DNA of 64,000 nt from the human T2T-CHM13v2.0 reference genome, Homo sapiens, in the NCBI RefSeq assembly GCF_009914755.1, contig NC_060936.1, one strand, 5' to 3'. The stretch's first letter is position 1, and each line of letters opens with the position of its first letter. Positions 29,342 to 42,857 of this stretch are shown here, piece by piece. Position numbers and translations under genes: made by a program. The notes under the pieces were generated by a model, which saw nothing but the letters and a program-made list of their open reading frames with translations, had not been told where the DNA came from and did no database searches.

Positions 29342-29745
29342 TATTAGACAGGGTATAGTTTCATATGCCTGAACAGAGACCCAAAGTAACAGCAGCTTAA
29401 ACAAGATAGAATTTTATTTCTCACTCACATGACAGTCTGGACATATGTAGTCCATGACTGATATGATGGTTCCACGTGGGTCAAGGATCCAAGCTCCTCC
29501 TATCTTGTTGCTCTGCTCTTCCTAGAGTATCGCCCTTTTACTCATGACCCAAAATGGCTCTTGACTCTCCACTACAACATCTAGTTGTTGTTTATATTTC
29601 ACTGGCCAGAATTTAATCATGTGAGTGCATCTGGCTGCAAGGAAAGCTGGGAAATTTGGTCTTTGTTCTGCACAGCTATGGATGGCAGCCATAAAAATTG
29701 GGGTTCTATTCCTGTAGAAGGAGAAGAGATGGATATTGAGGGCCA
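29342..29745 (-). mobile_element. Old MLT1 LTR (MLT1J/K-like)
   Basis: AACAGCAGCTTAAACAAGATAGAATTTTATTTCTC and GGCTGCAAGGAAAGCTGGGAAAT. Confidence 0.6.
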
Positions 29746-30093
29746 CTAGAAGTGCCACAAGTGGATAGTTTCTATTAATCCTTCTGACACTAGGAGTCAA
29801 GCCCAAGTTACCCCATTCAACACATCAGAAAAAGACTAGGTCAAATGCTGTAGGTCACACAGTTAATACTTTGTGGAACTGCTGAGGTGTGGCTTTATTT
29901 TTGTTCCTTTTTGCTTTTGCATCTAGTTTGCTGAGAAGCTCTAATACTAGGATCAGGGCTGAGAGTTCTTGGCCTCCTTGGGATTACCATACCTCATCAG
30001 TGTTTGCTTGATTTCATCACACCTTTTAAAACAATTATCCAGCAAGGCACTTTGTGGTGTGTTCTTTAGAGTTGAAAACAAGCACACATTTAA

Positions 30094-30389
<296 letters not shown>

Positions 30390-30989
30390 CATTTAATTTT
30401 GTTCAAGGAATTCTGTGACACTTATTTAGCAGTGGGTAGTACATTTGGGTGTTGCCTAATCAGAACTGGGGACCTAGACCAGGGAAATATCATTCTATAG
30501 TTTGATTCAGATTATACCTGGCTTCTGGTTAGGCTAGAATATGTGCTCCCAAAATCTTTTAAATAAGGACATCCTTTAATAAAATATGTGTTCTTTTTCT
30601 ATAACATCTTTTTCTGAGCCCTATCTTGAGACCATAGACTATCTCCTACATATTAATAAAAGATGGCAGATTTTCTAGGAATGGTTTTATTTGAAGGAGA
30701 AAAAAGTAGCATTGAAACCAGCTTTTGCTTTTCTACATCCTCCAACCACTGGCATCTTCCATGAAACACAATTTGATAAGGGAGTGATCCCTTTTTTCCA
30801 CTCAGAGTACAATTTCCAAGAGATGGCATGTGCTGAAAACAAAACTTAAAAAGGGAACCTGGTTCCTGAGAGTTCACATTTGACATTTTTCAAGGTCATG
30901 CCAGATAAAAAGGATACACCCCAGGAAGAAGAACACAAGATACCTGCTGTAGCCCTCTGCCTTTGGAAACGTTAAAATTGAAGTCATTG

Positions 30990-31860
30990 CATGGTGCAAT
31001 ACTGGAGTAAGGAATAGGGTGAGGCAAATGAGGCATTCACTCCTGACAGCAAAATTCACAGGGGTGCCAAGCAAAATTCACAGGGATGCCAAACCCTTTG
31101 TAATCAAAATCAATACTATTTTAATGCAATAGTTGAAACTTCATGACGAGCAAATATCAATATTTTAAATAAAAATACGCTGTCATTTGTTTGTTTTACC
31201 ATTCTGCATCATCGTGTGATGGGAACAGTCATTTCCAGTCAGCCTGAGGGTCCTGGCCCCCTGGAATACCCCTCACTGTGTGGATTTATGAGGATTGACA
31301 ATTGTGAGAACAGACTGTATGATGTGGGGCTTTATTACAGTTACGGCTTCTAAAAAATTTATTCTCAACTTTATGGAAGAAAATTAGTCTGTCAACTAAA
31401 TTTTGTTTTTAGTAGTTATGGATTTTGACTGTAAATCTTTTTTTTTTTTTTTTTTTGAGACAGGGCATCATTTATCACCCAGGCTGGAATGCAGTGGTGC
31501 AATCATAACTCGCTGCAGCCTTGATCTCCTGAGCTCAAGTGATCCTCCTGCCTCAAACTCCTCAAACTCCATGTGCCAACATGCCTGGCCCTTTTTTTGT
31601 TTTTTGGTTTTTTTTTTGGTAATGACAGGGTCTTGTTACATTGGCCAGGCTGGTCTCGAACTCCTGTCCTCAAGTGATTCTCCCACCTTGGCCTCCCAAA
31701 CTGTTGAGATTACAGGCATGAACCACCATACTTGGCAATGTTAAGCTTTTATTAATTTTTCTCACTTGGCTAAAAATACAGAAGGATATTTTGATGAATG
31801 TATATAGGAGGGCACATTTTTCTTTTGCTCCTGGCTCTAATGTGGCTCTACAGAGCACTG
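30990..31860. mobile_element. hAT-Tip100-like DNA transposon fossil, interrupted by AluJ
   Basis: AGGGTGAGGCAAATGAGGCA...AAAATTCACAGGGGTGCCAA start and GCACATTTTTCTTTTGCTCCTGGCTCTAATGTGGCTC...GCACTG end; family name uncertain. Confidence 0.4.
31438..31736 (-). mobile_element. Alu (AluJ-type), internally rearranged
   Basis: Antisense dimer; CTCAAACTC duplicated in place of part of the right arm. Confidence 0.9.
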
Positions 31861-31861
31861 T

Positions 31862-32105
31862 TCTGGACCTCTGAGAAGCCTGTTCTTCATGCTAGATGAG
31901 TCATGGCTCATCTAGGTTCTATTTTCAGGATGACATCACTTACTAACTCTGTGACCTTGGGGCCTCAGTTTCCTCATCTGTAAAACTGAGGATGATATTA
32001 CATAGTTCATATACATATACTTCATATACATGCAGCACTATAGAACATGATGTAAGCACTATATAGACATGACATAAGCAATGTTGAACTATGTAAGTAT
32101 TAGCA
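31862..32105 (+). mobile_element. MIR
   Basis: TGTGACCTTGGGGCCTCAGTTTCCTCATCTGTAAAA core. Confidence 0.75.
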
Positions 32106-32414
32106 ATTTTTGGTATTATTTCTGACAATGCGATGTCTTATTTATTGCTATGCCTTCTACCTTCTAAAAATCACCTCCTATATCACATTAAATCATCTCC
32201 CATTCCCTGATGGGATGCATCCCACTCGGTGCAACATCAGTTTAATGGAACCACCACAGGCTCTGGAAAGTTATATCCCTGAACCCCAAAATACTCAGCT
32301 TAATTGGTGTTCCTTTAAGCAGGTCACTAAGTTCTCTAAATTTGAATTTTCTAGATGAGGATAAAAATACCTACTTTCCAGGGGTAAGTATTTACCTTAA
32401 TAAACACTGTAAGA

Positions 32415-32858
<444 letters not shown>

Positions 32859-33208
32859 GACTGTAAAATTTACTTATTTAGATAAAGTATTTTATTAATT
32901 TATTAATTTTTATTACCTTAATAATAAATTAATTACATTGATTTACTTAAATATTACCTTAATAATAATTATTTATCTTAATTTATTACCTTATTATTTA
33001 CTTTAATTTATTACCTTTATTATTTGGTAATAATAATTTGTAACTATGGGAATAAATAAGATCAGAGATAAAATAGAGAGCATCTATTCAAACACTTGAG
33101 CTGTAAAGGATGATCAGTAAATATTGGTTTACTTAAAAGCAGTAATTTATGACTGTTCCCTAGGGATCTGTGGAAATCTCCAGTGGAATCTTCAAACATG
33201 TTGCCTAC

Positions 33209-33578
33209 TGTCTTAGTTTGTTTTGTGTTGCTACAACAGAATACCACAAACTAGGGTCATTTATAAAGAAAAGAAATTTATTTCTCACAGTTTAGGAGGC
33301 TGGAAAGTCCAATGTCAAGGTGCTGATATCTGGAGAGGGCCTTCTTGCAGTATCATCCCATGGTGGAAGGTGGAAGGGCAAGAGAGAACAAGAAAGCAAG
33401 AAGGGGCTGAAGTTGCTTTTAGAAGAAGCCTATTGACATGGTAATGACATTAATTCATTCAAGAGAGCAGAGCCCTCATGATCTAATCACCTTTTAAAGG
33501 TCCCATCTCCCAACACAGTCGCACTGAGGATTAAGTTTTTAACATATGAACTTCAGGGAATACGTTCAAACTATAGCA
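33209..33578 (-). mobile_element. MaLR solo LTR (MSTD/MLT1A-like)
   Basis: TGTCTTAGTTTGTTTTGTGTTGCTAC...TTCAAACTATAGCA. Confidence 0.85.
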
Positions 33579-33624
33579 CCCACCATATTATATTAATTGT
33601 AAAATATCCACACATATGTTACAA

Positions 33625-33935
33625 CAGTCGTTCTCAGACTTTAGCACACATAAGAATCATGTGGAGCTAGGGCAACCAAGTCATCTCAGATTGCCCTGGA
33701 CTTTCCAGTTTTAGCACTAAAAGCCCCTCATCCCAGGACACCCCTCAGTCCCGGGCTAACCTGGATGGTTGGTCACTCTGCCTGGAGGATTTGTTCAAAC
33801 ACAACTTCCTGGACCCCCACCTTTAGAGATTCTGATTCATCAGGTCTGATCTGAAGGGGAGCCTGTGAGTTTGTATTTCTGACAAAGCTCCCAAGTGCTG
33901 CAGGGGTGTCTGAGACCACAGTTTGAGTAACATTG
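33625..33935. mobile_element. MER5A with nested MER81-like element (33669-33780)
   Basis: CAGTCGTTCTC...AGAGATTCTGATTCA...GACCACAGTTTGAGTAACATTG; inner TAGGGCAACC...GGTCACTCTG terminal inverted repeats. Confidence 0.7.
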
Positions 33936-34360
33936 TGCTATGACTTGAATCCATGTGTTCCTCCAAAGTCCATATGTTGAAACCTAATACCCAATGTGGT
34001 AATATTAAGAAGTAGGGCCTTTTGGAAAGTGATTGAGTCATGGGCACTCCAGTTCATGAATGGGCTCAGTACTCTCGTAGAAGAGGTAGAAGGGAGTGCC
34101 CTAGTCCGTTTTTGCCCTGCCATCTCTTTTGCCATGTGAAGACACAGTGTTCATCCGTTTTCTGCCCTTCCACCATGTAAGAACATGGCCATAAGGTGCC
34201 ATCTTTGTAGCAGAGAATGGACCCTCATCAGACACTGAATCTCCTAGATCCTTAATCTTGGACTTCTCAGCCTCTGAAACTATGAGCAATGAATTTCTGT
34301 TGTTTCTAAGTCACCCAGTCTAAGGTGTTTTTTTAATAGCAATAGGAATGGACTAAGACA
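33936..34360 (+). mobile_element. MaLR solo LTR (MSTC-like)
   Basis: TGCTATGACTTGAAT...GGACTAAGACA. Confidence 0.85.
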
Positions 34361-34670
34361 CACTTTCACAATATCATACTAATGGCCATACTTGGTGTTT
34401 TATTTCTAAAAGTTGAGAATTGCTCAATTTTTAGAACTCCACAGGGTTCCTTACATCCCTAGGAGGCTGGTGTTTTAACTCTCATTTTATAAATCTTCAA
34501 GGAGGTGTCCTAGTCCCCCTAGTTTCCTGGCCTAGACTGGCCAGGAGATGAACTTCTGGCCAGTTATTACCATAGATCTGCAGTGGACACATAGAGACTC
34601 AAGTGGGGACCTCTGCTGAGCAAATTTTGCTTACATATCCCTTTTCTAATTAGGAACTGTCAAAAAATGA

Positions 34671-34973
<303 letters not shown>

Positions 34974-36894
34974 AAGAAGCAATGTTTGCTTTGCAGACGG
35001 CATTATTTCAACAAATTTCACACCATCAGCTATAGCAACCAAAGCACCTAATTGCTTACCAAAAATGTATTTAAAAAATTCTCTTTCATTACACTGTAAT
35101 TATTGGCAGCCCCAGGAGTCATATTTTATTCTGATTTTATGTTTCAGCACAATTTATCCAATTTCTGCAGTCCCCAAAATGCAGAATTGCTAAATGATTG
35201 CAGAAATAAACAAAATCTAATATTTTATTGTATTGTTTCAATAATCAGTACTATTATGTGTACATTTGGTAAGACTTCCTTTGATATTCAGTTTATATTG
35301 ATTTTTTTTTTCATCTATCACAAAGGAGGCCTCCGTTGGTTTGCTTCTCTGTTTTCTTTACAACTCCTCCCTCTGCTCAGAGAACTGCTTTTTTTGTTTG
35401 ATCAGCCCCCATCTACTGGTTATACTTTTGATTGAATTCTCAGTCAGGCCTTGTCATTTCTGGGATTGGAGCTTTTCCATGTAGCTCCAGGGAATGTTGT
35501 TCTTTGATTCCAGGAGATGCTAGAACGACCCTGTGAGCAACACCTACTTCATGGGGTTGGAAGCAAAATAAAAGGATGTATCTAAACTGCTAAACATGAG
35601 ACCTGCCCATTTTGCACTAAAAAAATTTCTCTGATCTGTCCATTTCCCTTCACACTTCCTCCCAACCCACTGCCTTTCCATGAATACTCCCCCTGCCTGA
35701 AATTCAACCTCTCCTGCAGTCTAGGTTGATTCCTCCATGGTACTTTTCCATGGTATCATGCACCTGTCCTTTGGAGCACCAATCACAGTGCCATTGTACT
35801 TTTTTTTTTTCTGTGATTACTTCATGGCTGTCTTCCTCCTCTACACTGAGGACAACACTGAAAGGTCATTCCATATTTACAACTCCTTGTGAGGCTGGCC
35901 CAGGCTTCCTTTGAACCAGTTTCATATTTTGGCATTGTCCCCTGCTCAATCCTGCTATCTTCACTTCTTTCCATGGTGTTAATCCTAAGTGTACTCCCTA
36001 AAGCAAACTATGCATTCTAATCTCTGTCTCAGAATCATCTTCCTAGGGAACCCAACTTGTGCCATGGTACTCCCAACATAGGGAGGAATTGTATTGTTTT
36101 TTTCCAATTGTGTATATTCTCAGTCTATCATAGTCCCTGGCACCAGGAGGATGTCAGCAGATAGCTGTGAAATGAATGAACAAATGAATCAATGAATCAA
36201 TGGTGGTAGTATCATTGGTAATTTCTGTTTTATGCCCCACCCTTCTCCTTTCTTTAAAGGCAATGTAACCCCTACACGGGAATTTCTTGGGTTTCTGCCC
36301 AGGGATCTATTTTACTCCTCTTCATTTCCTTCCCTTTTCCCTTTTACAGCCCCTTTTTCTCCTACCCCTCCCTTTTGTAAAATCTCTGCCTAGCAATAGC
36401 TCTTAGCTGTAGCTAAGGAGTGAGGAGGAAGCCCAAGGAAAGTGGCTGAGAGACAAAGACGGAAAACAGCTAAATTAGTTTAGAGGCCAATTCAGGAACT
36501 CCGGCACTTCTTTCTATCAGAGCCTGTGTGGAGCCCTGCAAGAAAGGGCAATGCCAAGGAACAGAGGAAGCCAATATCTGAAGGCTCTGCTCATTGCATG
36601 GCTTTCCGAAGGTATTTTCTCCTTTTGAATGAGAATAAAGAGCCTTTTAAAACAACAAAGCTTCTGTATAAATAGAAAAAAGGGAGAACTCACATTTTCA
36701 GTCCATATGAAAAATAGCCTCTTCGTTAGTAATTTCTCATCCTCATGTACAGCCTACTGCGGTCAATGCTTTATTTCTGCAGCCCTGTTTTTTGTTTTTA
36801 TGGTCCTTTTTTTCTTTTTCTTTTTGCTCCTTCCGCCCCTCCCAGAAAAAAAAACCAAAAACAAAAACAAACAAACAAGCAAAAAAACAGATTC

Positions 36895-37080
36895 AAGCTA
36901 GAAGACTTGAGTTTGAGACCTAGTTCTACCACTTTAGTAGCTGCATACTGTCTCCGAGCCTTAGTTCTTTATCTGAAGGTGGGCATTTGTTAACCAGCTC
37001 ACAGAGACGGGCTACTGAGAAGCTCAAATGAAACAACGGATGTGAACAAGCTTTAAGAATTGTGACACTCTAAAGAGAAA
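36895..37080 (+). mobile_element. MIR
   Basis: GAGCCTTAGTTCTTTATCTG...GAGAAGCTCAAATGAAAC. Confidence 0.55.
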
Positions 37081-37174
37081 TTGTCATTGCCACTTAATTT
37101 TTAGTGAAACGGAACAGCATGCTGAATATAGTTAACAATTGAGTACTCTGGCTTTCAATATTGGTTAAGAAAGT

Positions 37175-37340
37175 AACTTTCTAATGTTCTCATCACAAAA
37201 ATGTTAAATATTGGTGGCAATAATATATTAATTAGCTTAATTTAATCACTCCACACTGTAGTCAAAATCATAACACCACTTTGTACCCCATCAACATATA
37301 CTACTATAGCGTGTCAATAGGCAATAAAAAAATAAAAAGA
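37175..37340 (+). mobile_element. L1MA-like 3' end fragment
   Basis: AATGTTCTCATCACAAAA...TTAATTAGCTTAATTTAATCACTCCAC...TTGTACCCCAT and A-rich tail. Confidence 0.75.
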
Positions 37341-37798
37341 AATTTAAAGCTGGTACCCTCCCAAAAAAGAATAGAACACACTTCAAAGCCAAGTATAAAA
37401 GGTTTTTTAATTATTCCTCATTTTGCATGATGTTTGGCAAAGGTCCTTGTTAGCCCACATGATTAGGAATCCACTTTACTTGGAATGGACTGAGAATGTC
37501 AAACTTCTAGGTTAACCAGCCATTTTTTTTTTTTCATTGATTCATTGATACATGACAGACTTGGAAGCCACTCGCTCTCTCAACCAGGGTTTTGGGTTGA
37601 TCAAGTAGATGTTATTGTCACAGCTCAATGAATACTTCTTATTTCTCATCTGCCTAAGGCAGCCCTGGTGTTCAAACATATCCTTGTTTTTCCTCCAAAC
37701 ACACGATGCTCTGAGAATTTACACCATTAGGAATAATCTCCTACCCTCAACTCTGGGTGTATAGGGATTCAAGATTTCCTTTGTATATAGCAATTTTC

Positions 37799-37800
37799 CT

Positions 37801-37850
<50 letters not shown>

Positions 37851-37977
37851 TTTCTTTCCCTTCCTTCCTTCCTTCCTTCCTTCCTTCCTTCCTTCCTTCC
37901 TTCCTTCCTTTCCTTCCTTCCTTCCTTCCTTCCTTCCTTCCTTCCTTCCTTCCTTCCTTCCTTCCTTCCTTCCTTCT

Positions 37978-38073
<96 letters not shown>

Positions 38074-38075
38074 TT
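37799..38075. repeat. Compound (CTTT)n-(CCTT)n-(CTTT)n microsatellite (expanded Alu tail)
   Basis: About 275 bp of pure pyrimidine lying inside the TSD of the adjacent Alu. Confidence 0.97.
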
Positions 38076-38352
38076 GATGGAGTCTGGCTCTAATGCCCAG
38101 GCTGGAGTGCAGTGGTGTGATCTCAGCCCACTGCTACCTCTGCCTCCTGGGTTCAAGCGATTCTCCTGCCTCAGACCCCGAGCAGCTGGCATTACAGGCG
38201 CCTGCCACCATGCCTGGCAAATCTTTCTATTTTAGTAGGGATGGGGTTTCACCATGTTGGCTAGGCTGGTCTTGAACTCCCGACCTCAGGTGATCCATCC
38301 GCCTCGGCCTCCCAAAGTGTTGGGATTACAGGCATGAGCCACAGCGCCCGGC
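38076..38352 (-). mobile_element. Alu (AluSx-like)
   Basis: Antisense dimer; 18-bp TSD TTGTATATAGCAATTTTC / TTGTATGTAGCAATTTTC. Confidence 0.95.
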
Positions 38353-39036
38353 GCCTTGTATGTAGCAATTTTCTATTTAAAAAAAAAAAAAAAAGACAGA
38401 CTGATAAGGGTCATTGAGCAGCCGGCAAAGGATCCTAGGGAGAAATTGTCATTGCCACTTAATTTTCCAGGCCCTGTTTGGGATCTCCTTCTTTGGGATG
38501 ACTTCTCTGAATCTCTCCTTATCTCCTCATGCCTTAACCCTCTCCCCCACTGGGATAGGTGCCCCTTTTCTGAGCTGCCTTATCATCCTGCCTCTGCCCT
38601 TGCTTGACATTCTGAATTGTTCATCAGTGATCTACTTGTCTGCACCCACCTCAAGACTGTTGTTTTAGAGAGCAAGGACTTTTTTTGGTTCATTGTTCAT
38701 TCCCAGAGTCTAGTACAGCTCTTGAGATGTAAGAATTACATCATAATTGTTGGTTGAGTTTATCAATGAATAGATGCTTCAGATTCCATCCGTTTCTCTC
38801 CACTGGCACCAATCTCTCTGGCTTGTTTTCCTGTGACATTCCTGGGCAGGGATCCTGCAGAGTAGATAGAAAAGGCCTGTGTCTATCATGGAACTTGTCC
38901 CTCCCAATTGGCTTGTACAGGCAGTTATGTCACTACAGATCCTCATTTTAATTGGATTAAGGTATTCTCCTCTGAGAAGTGAAAACAGCATATAATTTAC
39001 AAGGGATATTAGGTGGAGTTATAAAGTGTGAAAGTA

Positions 39037-39335
39037 TTTGTTCTGTTTTGTTTGAGACAGAGTCTCGATCTGTCACCCAGGCTGGAGTGCAGTGGCACCA
39101 TGTCATCTCACTACAACCTCCACCTCCTGGGTTCAAGCGATTCTTATGCCTCAACCTCTGAAGTAGCTGGAATTACAGGCATGAGCCACCATGTTCAGCT
39201 AATTTTTGTATTTTTAGTAGAGACAGGGTTTCACCATGTTGACCAGGCTGGTCTCAAACTCCTGCCTTCAAGTGATCCTCCCGCCTCGGCCTCCCAAAGT
39301 GTTGGGATTACAGGTGTAAGCCACTGAGCCTGGCC
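39037..39335 (-). mobile_element. Alu (AluS-type)
   Basis: Antisense dimer; TSD AGTGTGAAAGTA. Confidence 0.95.
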
Positions 39336-40774
39336 TAGAGTGTGAAAGTAGAAAGGACCTTAGAGGTTACAGGATCCATCCCTCTTATTTTACAGATAAA
39401 CCAGGCTCAGAGGTGGAAAGATTTGTCCAAGCTCTCATGATTAATTCATGGCTAAGGAAGATATCCATTGCTTTAGCCTGCCTCAGGCCCTGTGGGGAAT
39501 CAGCCCTTCCCACTCTTGGTCCTAGCATTTTGGCTGGTGCTGACTTTACTCCCAAATCCAGGATGAGCATGAGAACTAGGCCTCTTCAATCAGAGCACCA
39601 GGACTTATGTTCCCAGAAGGCCAATCAAAGCCAGTGAGACATGATTTCAGGACATTGGAAAGAGAAGTTTATGTGCTCCATTGGGGTTGCTGAGAGGATG
39701 AGATTCAAGCTTGAGACTGTAGACAGCCATCTTGTCACCAGAGGCAGACAGCCAAGGGAAGCAGTACCAAGAGATGGAGAGAATGAAATCCAGTTTTCTT
39801 GGTTTGGCACTGAGGTCTCTCATAATGACATCATTGGAGACCCTGATACAACCATGCCTGACCTCTGATCTCTGTAGGAGCTAATTAATTACTGGGGTTT
39901 CTGTTTATTTCTTGCTCAGTCAAGTTTCTGTCACTTTCCACTAGTTAGCCTAAAGAATTCAACATTAGACCTAGAAGCAGGCTTCTTAACTTTCAAATGC
40001 TGTCCTCTTTCCACCAAACCACATCGGGCATTCCTCTGATTAACCCAATACCACCCACTGTCACATAACAGAGAGCAGAATTAGGCAGGAATGGGAGACA
40101 ATGGGCTGCATTTCAATGGGCGGGGGTATGTGTGCATCCAGTGACGTGCTCCGGGGACAAGTGGGAGGCATGAGGCCATGGGGTAATGAAAGGGTTACAT
40201 CAAAACAAACTTTGGCTGCTTCCCTGTTTTAACCCTGGCAGTCTAATGAATAAGAATTGGCGGGCAGGAGATGGGGAAGTACATGTGACTAGAAGCTGAT
40301 TCAGCTGGATGTTTCTTCTCGATTAATGAAAAAACCTTTTGGTCTGGACCTGGCAAAACCAAAAGTCAAGGCATCACTGTTTTATTGTTAACCTCTCATG
40401 ACTCACCTAAGGCATGGGAATATACAAGGCTACAGAAGAGTCACAGCCTTAATCAACAAACATTATGCAAACCCAGTACTACCGAGGTGGCTGTGCTGGG
40501 CCGTGTCCATTGATGGGGATCAGGCAAACAATTATATCACTGTGATATGCTAAGCAGACTGTCTTATGCTTTGGGGATAACCTGGTTGCAAGCCTCTGAG
40601 ATCAGTTCTTCATTACCAGGTGCAATAAGCAGGAACAGAAATTGTGGGCCTGTTCCTGGTGGGAATCCCATACTAACCACATCCCAGGGTGGGATTTTTA
40701 GCAATCTGCTTTCTCCTGATTTCCCCCTCTTCTCAGGTACTGATAAATTTCAACAACCAGCTAAACTAAACTAG

Positions 40775-40945
40775 GGTGTGGGAGTAGTGACTTGGAGAGG
40801 ACAGGAGAGGGGTTCCTGGAGTCTTGGTGATGTTGAGTTCCTAAACTGTGCTGCTTCTATGGAGATGTTCAGTTTGTGAAAATTTATTGAACTATGCACC
40901 TATGAATGTTGTATTTCCTCTAAGTATATTATGTCTGAATAAAAA
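40775..40945 (+). mobile_element. Old L1M 3' end fragment
   Basis: GTTCAGTTTGTGAAAATTTATTGAACTATGCAC...AATAAAAA. Confidence 0.65.
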
Positions 40946-41355
40946 CACCACAGTATGTTAAATGCTGTTATTGTAGGCAATTATTTGGCACTGTGGAGGT
41001 CTTAGAAATAAAATTAAATGGGGCCACTGAAATTATGTGATAATACTCTTCCACTCTAAAGTGGCCATACAGATACTCCACATATTTATATTTACTTCAA
41101 AATATGTAATAATCAAAATGAACATATAAATGTAAAAAAAAAAAATAGAGTTTTCACAATCTTCCAGGAGCCTAGGATACTGGTTGGGAAAGACTGAAGT
41201 ATTGTTATAGTTCAGAATCACAGTGCAAGTTGACCTCAAATCCATTTACATCTCTCCACTTCCACTGCCATCACTCTAGATCATGCCACTAGTAACTCCG
41301 GCCTGGACAGGAGCAGTACCCTCCACTCTTGCCTGATGTGTAATCCTTTGTCTAC

Positions 41356-41766
41356 TGATATGGTCTGGATCTGTGTCCCCACCCAAATCTCACGTCAAAT
41401 TATAATCCCCAGTGTTGGAAATGGGATCTGGTGGAAGATGATTGGATCATGGGGGCAGTTTCTCATGAATGATTTAGCACTAACCCCCTAGTGCTGATGT
41501 TGTGATAGAGTTCTCATGAGATCTGGTTGTTCAAAGTGTGTGGCACCTCCCACTCTCTCTTCCGCCTGCTCTGGCCATGTAAGATGTGCCTGCTTACCCT
41601 TTGCCTTCCGCCATGATTGTAAGTTTCCTGAGGCCTCCCCAGAAGCTGATGCCACCATGCTTCCTGTACAGCCTGCAGGACTGTGAGCCAATGAAACCTC
41701 TTTTCTTTATAAATTACCCAGTCTCAGGTATTTTTCTTTATAGCAGTGTGAGAATGCACTAAGACA
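41356..41766 (+). mobile_element. MaLR solo LTR (MSTA-like)
   Basis: TGATATGGTCTGGATCTGTGTCCCCACCCAAATCTC...TAAATTACCCAGTCTCAGG...ACTAAGACA. Confidence 0.9.
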
Positions 41767-42284
41767 CCAACCCAGTAGAAAATCAGAAGATGATAGTTTT
41801 TAAATATGGCTCAAATTACTCTCCTTTCCCCCAGGCCTCCCACCCAAGCCCTTCGAAGACTTCCTGACACTCTTAAAGTCCAAATCCTTCTCCATGGCTC
41901 ACTGTGTCCATCCTTGACCAGTCCCCACCTGCCTCTCTGACCAGCTGCCCACCACCCTTCCCCAGCTCACCAGTCTCAGCCCCACTGGCCTCTTTTCATT
42001 CTCCCAACACCACATGCCTGTCCTAGCCTTAGGGCTTTTACATGTATGCCTCTACTGCCTAAAATAGAAGTCTCCCAGATCTTTGGATTGCTGGCTCCCT
42101 CTGATTCCTTAGGTCCCAGCTCAAATATCATTCCCTCGAGTAGCCCCTCTCAGCCATTCTATGTCATTGTCTCACTACTTTACTTTATTTTCTTCACTGT
42201 ATCCAAAGCTATTATGTTAATATGGTTGTTTACCAGAACATAAGCCCCATAAGGGCAAGGATGTTGTCTACCTTGTTTATGGTT

Positions 42285-42857
42285 TGTATCAGTCAGGGTA
42301 CCAGCAAGGCGTCTCACTATGTTGCCCAGGTTGTACTTGAACTCCTGGGCTAAAGTGATCCTCCCACTCAGCCTCTAGAGTAGCTGGGCCTGCAGGCACA
42401 CACCAGCACACCCAGTGAGATGGCATTCTTAAAGGAGTTTAACTGAAGGGAATTTGAGAAAGGAACCAGGTACAGAAACGTGGGCAGGGTTAAGAGAACA
42501 CATGATGCGGCACCCAGGGCCTACCACTGTGGAAAGCTATCCCCACCGGTAGAACTGAAGGGGCAAGAGTGCAGAGCTGTGTTTGGAGATGGTAAGAGCG
42601 GAGGCTATGGGAGAGGAGCTACCCACCACAGCCATGGCAACGCAGGGGACAAGCGGTGACTGGGTAAGTTGCCCCGCTTCTTCCTCCTCCCACCTTCAGA
42701 TTTCCTGCCATTATTTCCTGGCCAAGCCCAACTGGAAGCCAGAGAGCAAGAGAGCCTTACACAGTCCATAGGGGTCAGACTCTGGGGCCCCAGAACAGGG
42801 CAGGAAGGGTGGGGCACAGGGCAGGATCGGAGCAAACAGAGCCTAGCCAACCCTACA
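42285..42857 (-). mobile_element. ERVL LTR (LTR33-like) with an inserted Alu monomer (42309-42415)
   Basis: TGTATCAGTCAGGG start and GTGGGCAGGGTTAAGAG; FLAM-like monomer inside. Confidence 0.55.

Noticed and set aside
32211-32224. 14-bp perfect palindrome TGGGATGCATCCCA (also GGATTCTC-A-GAGAATCC at 60856-60872)
   Set aside because: A few palindromes of this size are expected by chance in 64 kb
37719-38192. 157-aa KERK/EGRK ORF and the opposite 106-aa FLPS/FFLS ORF
   Set aside because: Stop-free frames produced by the tetranucleotide microsatellite
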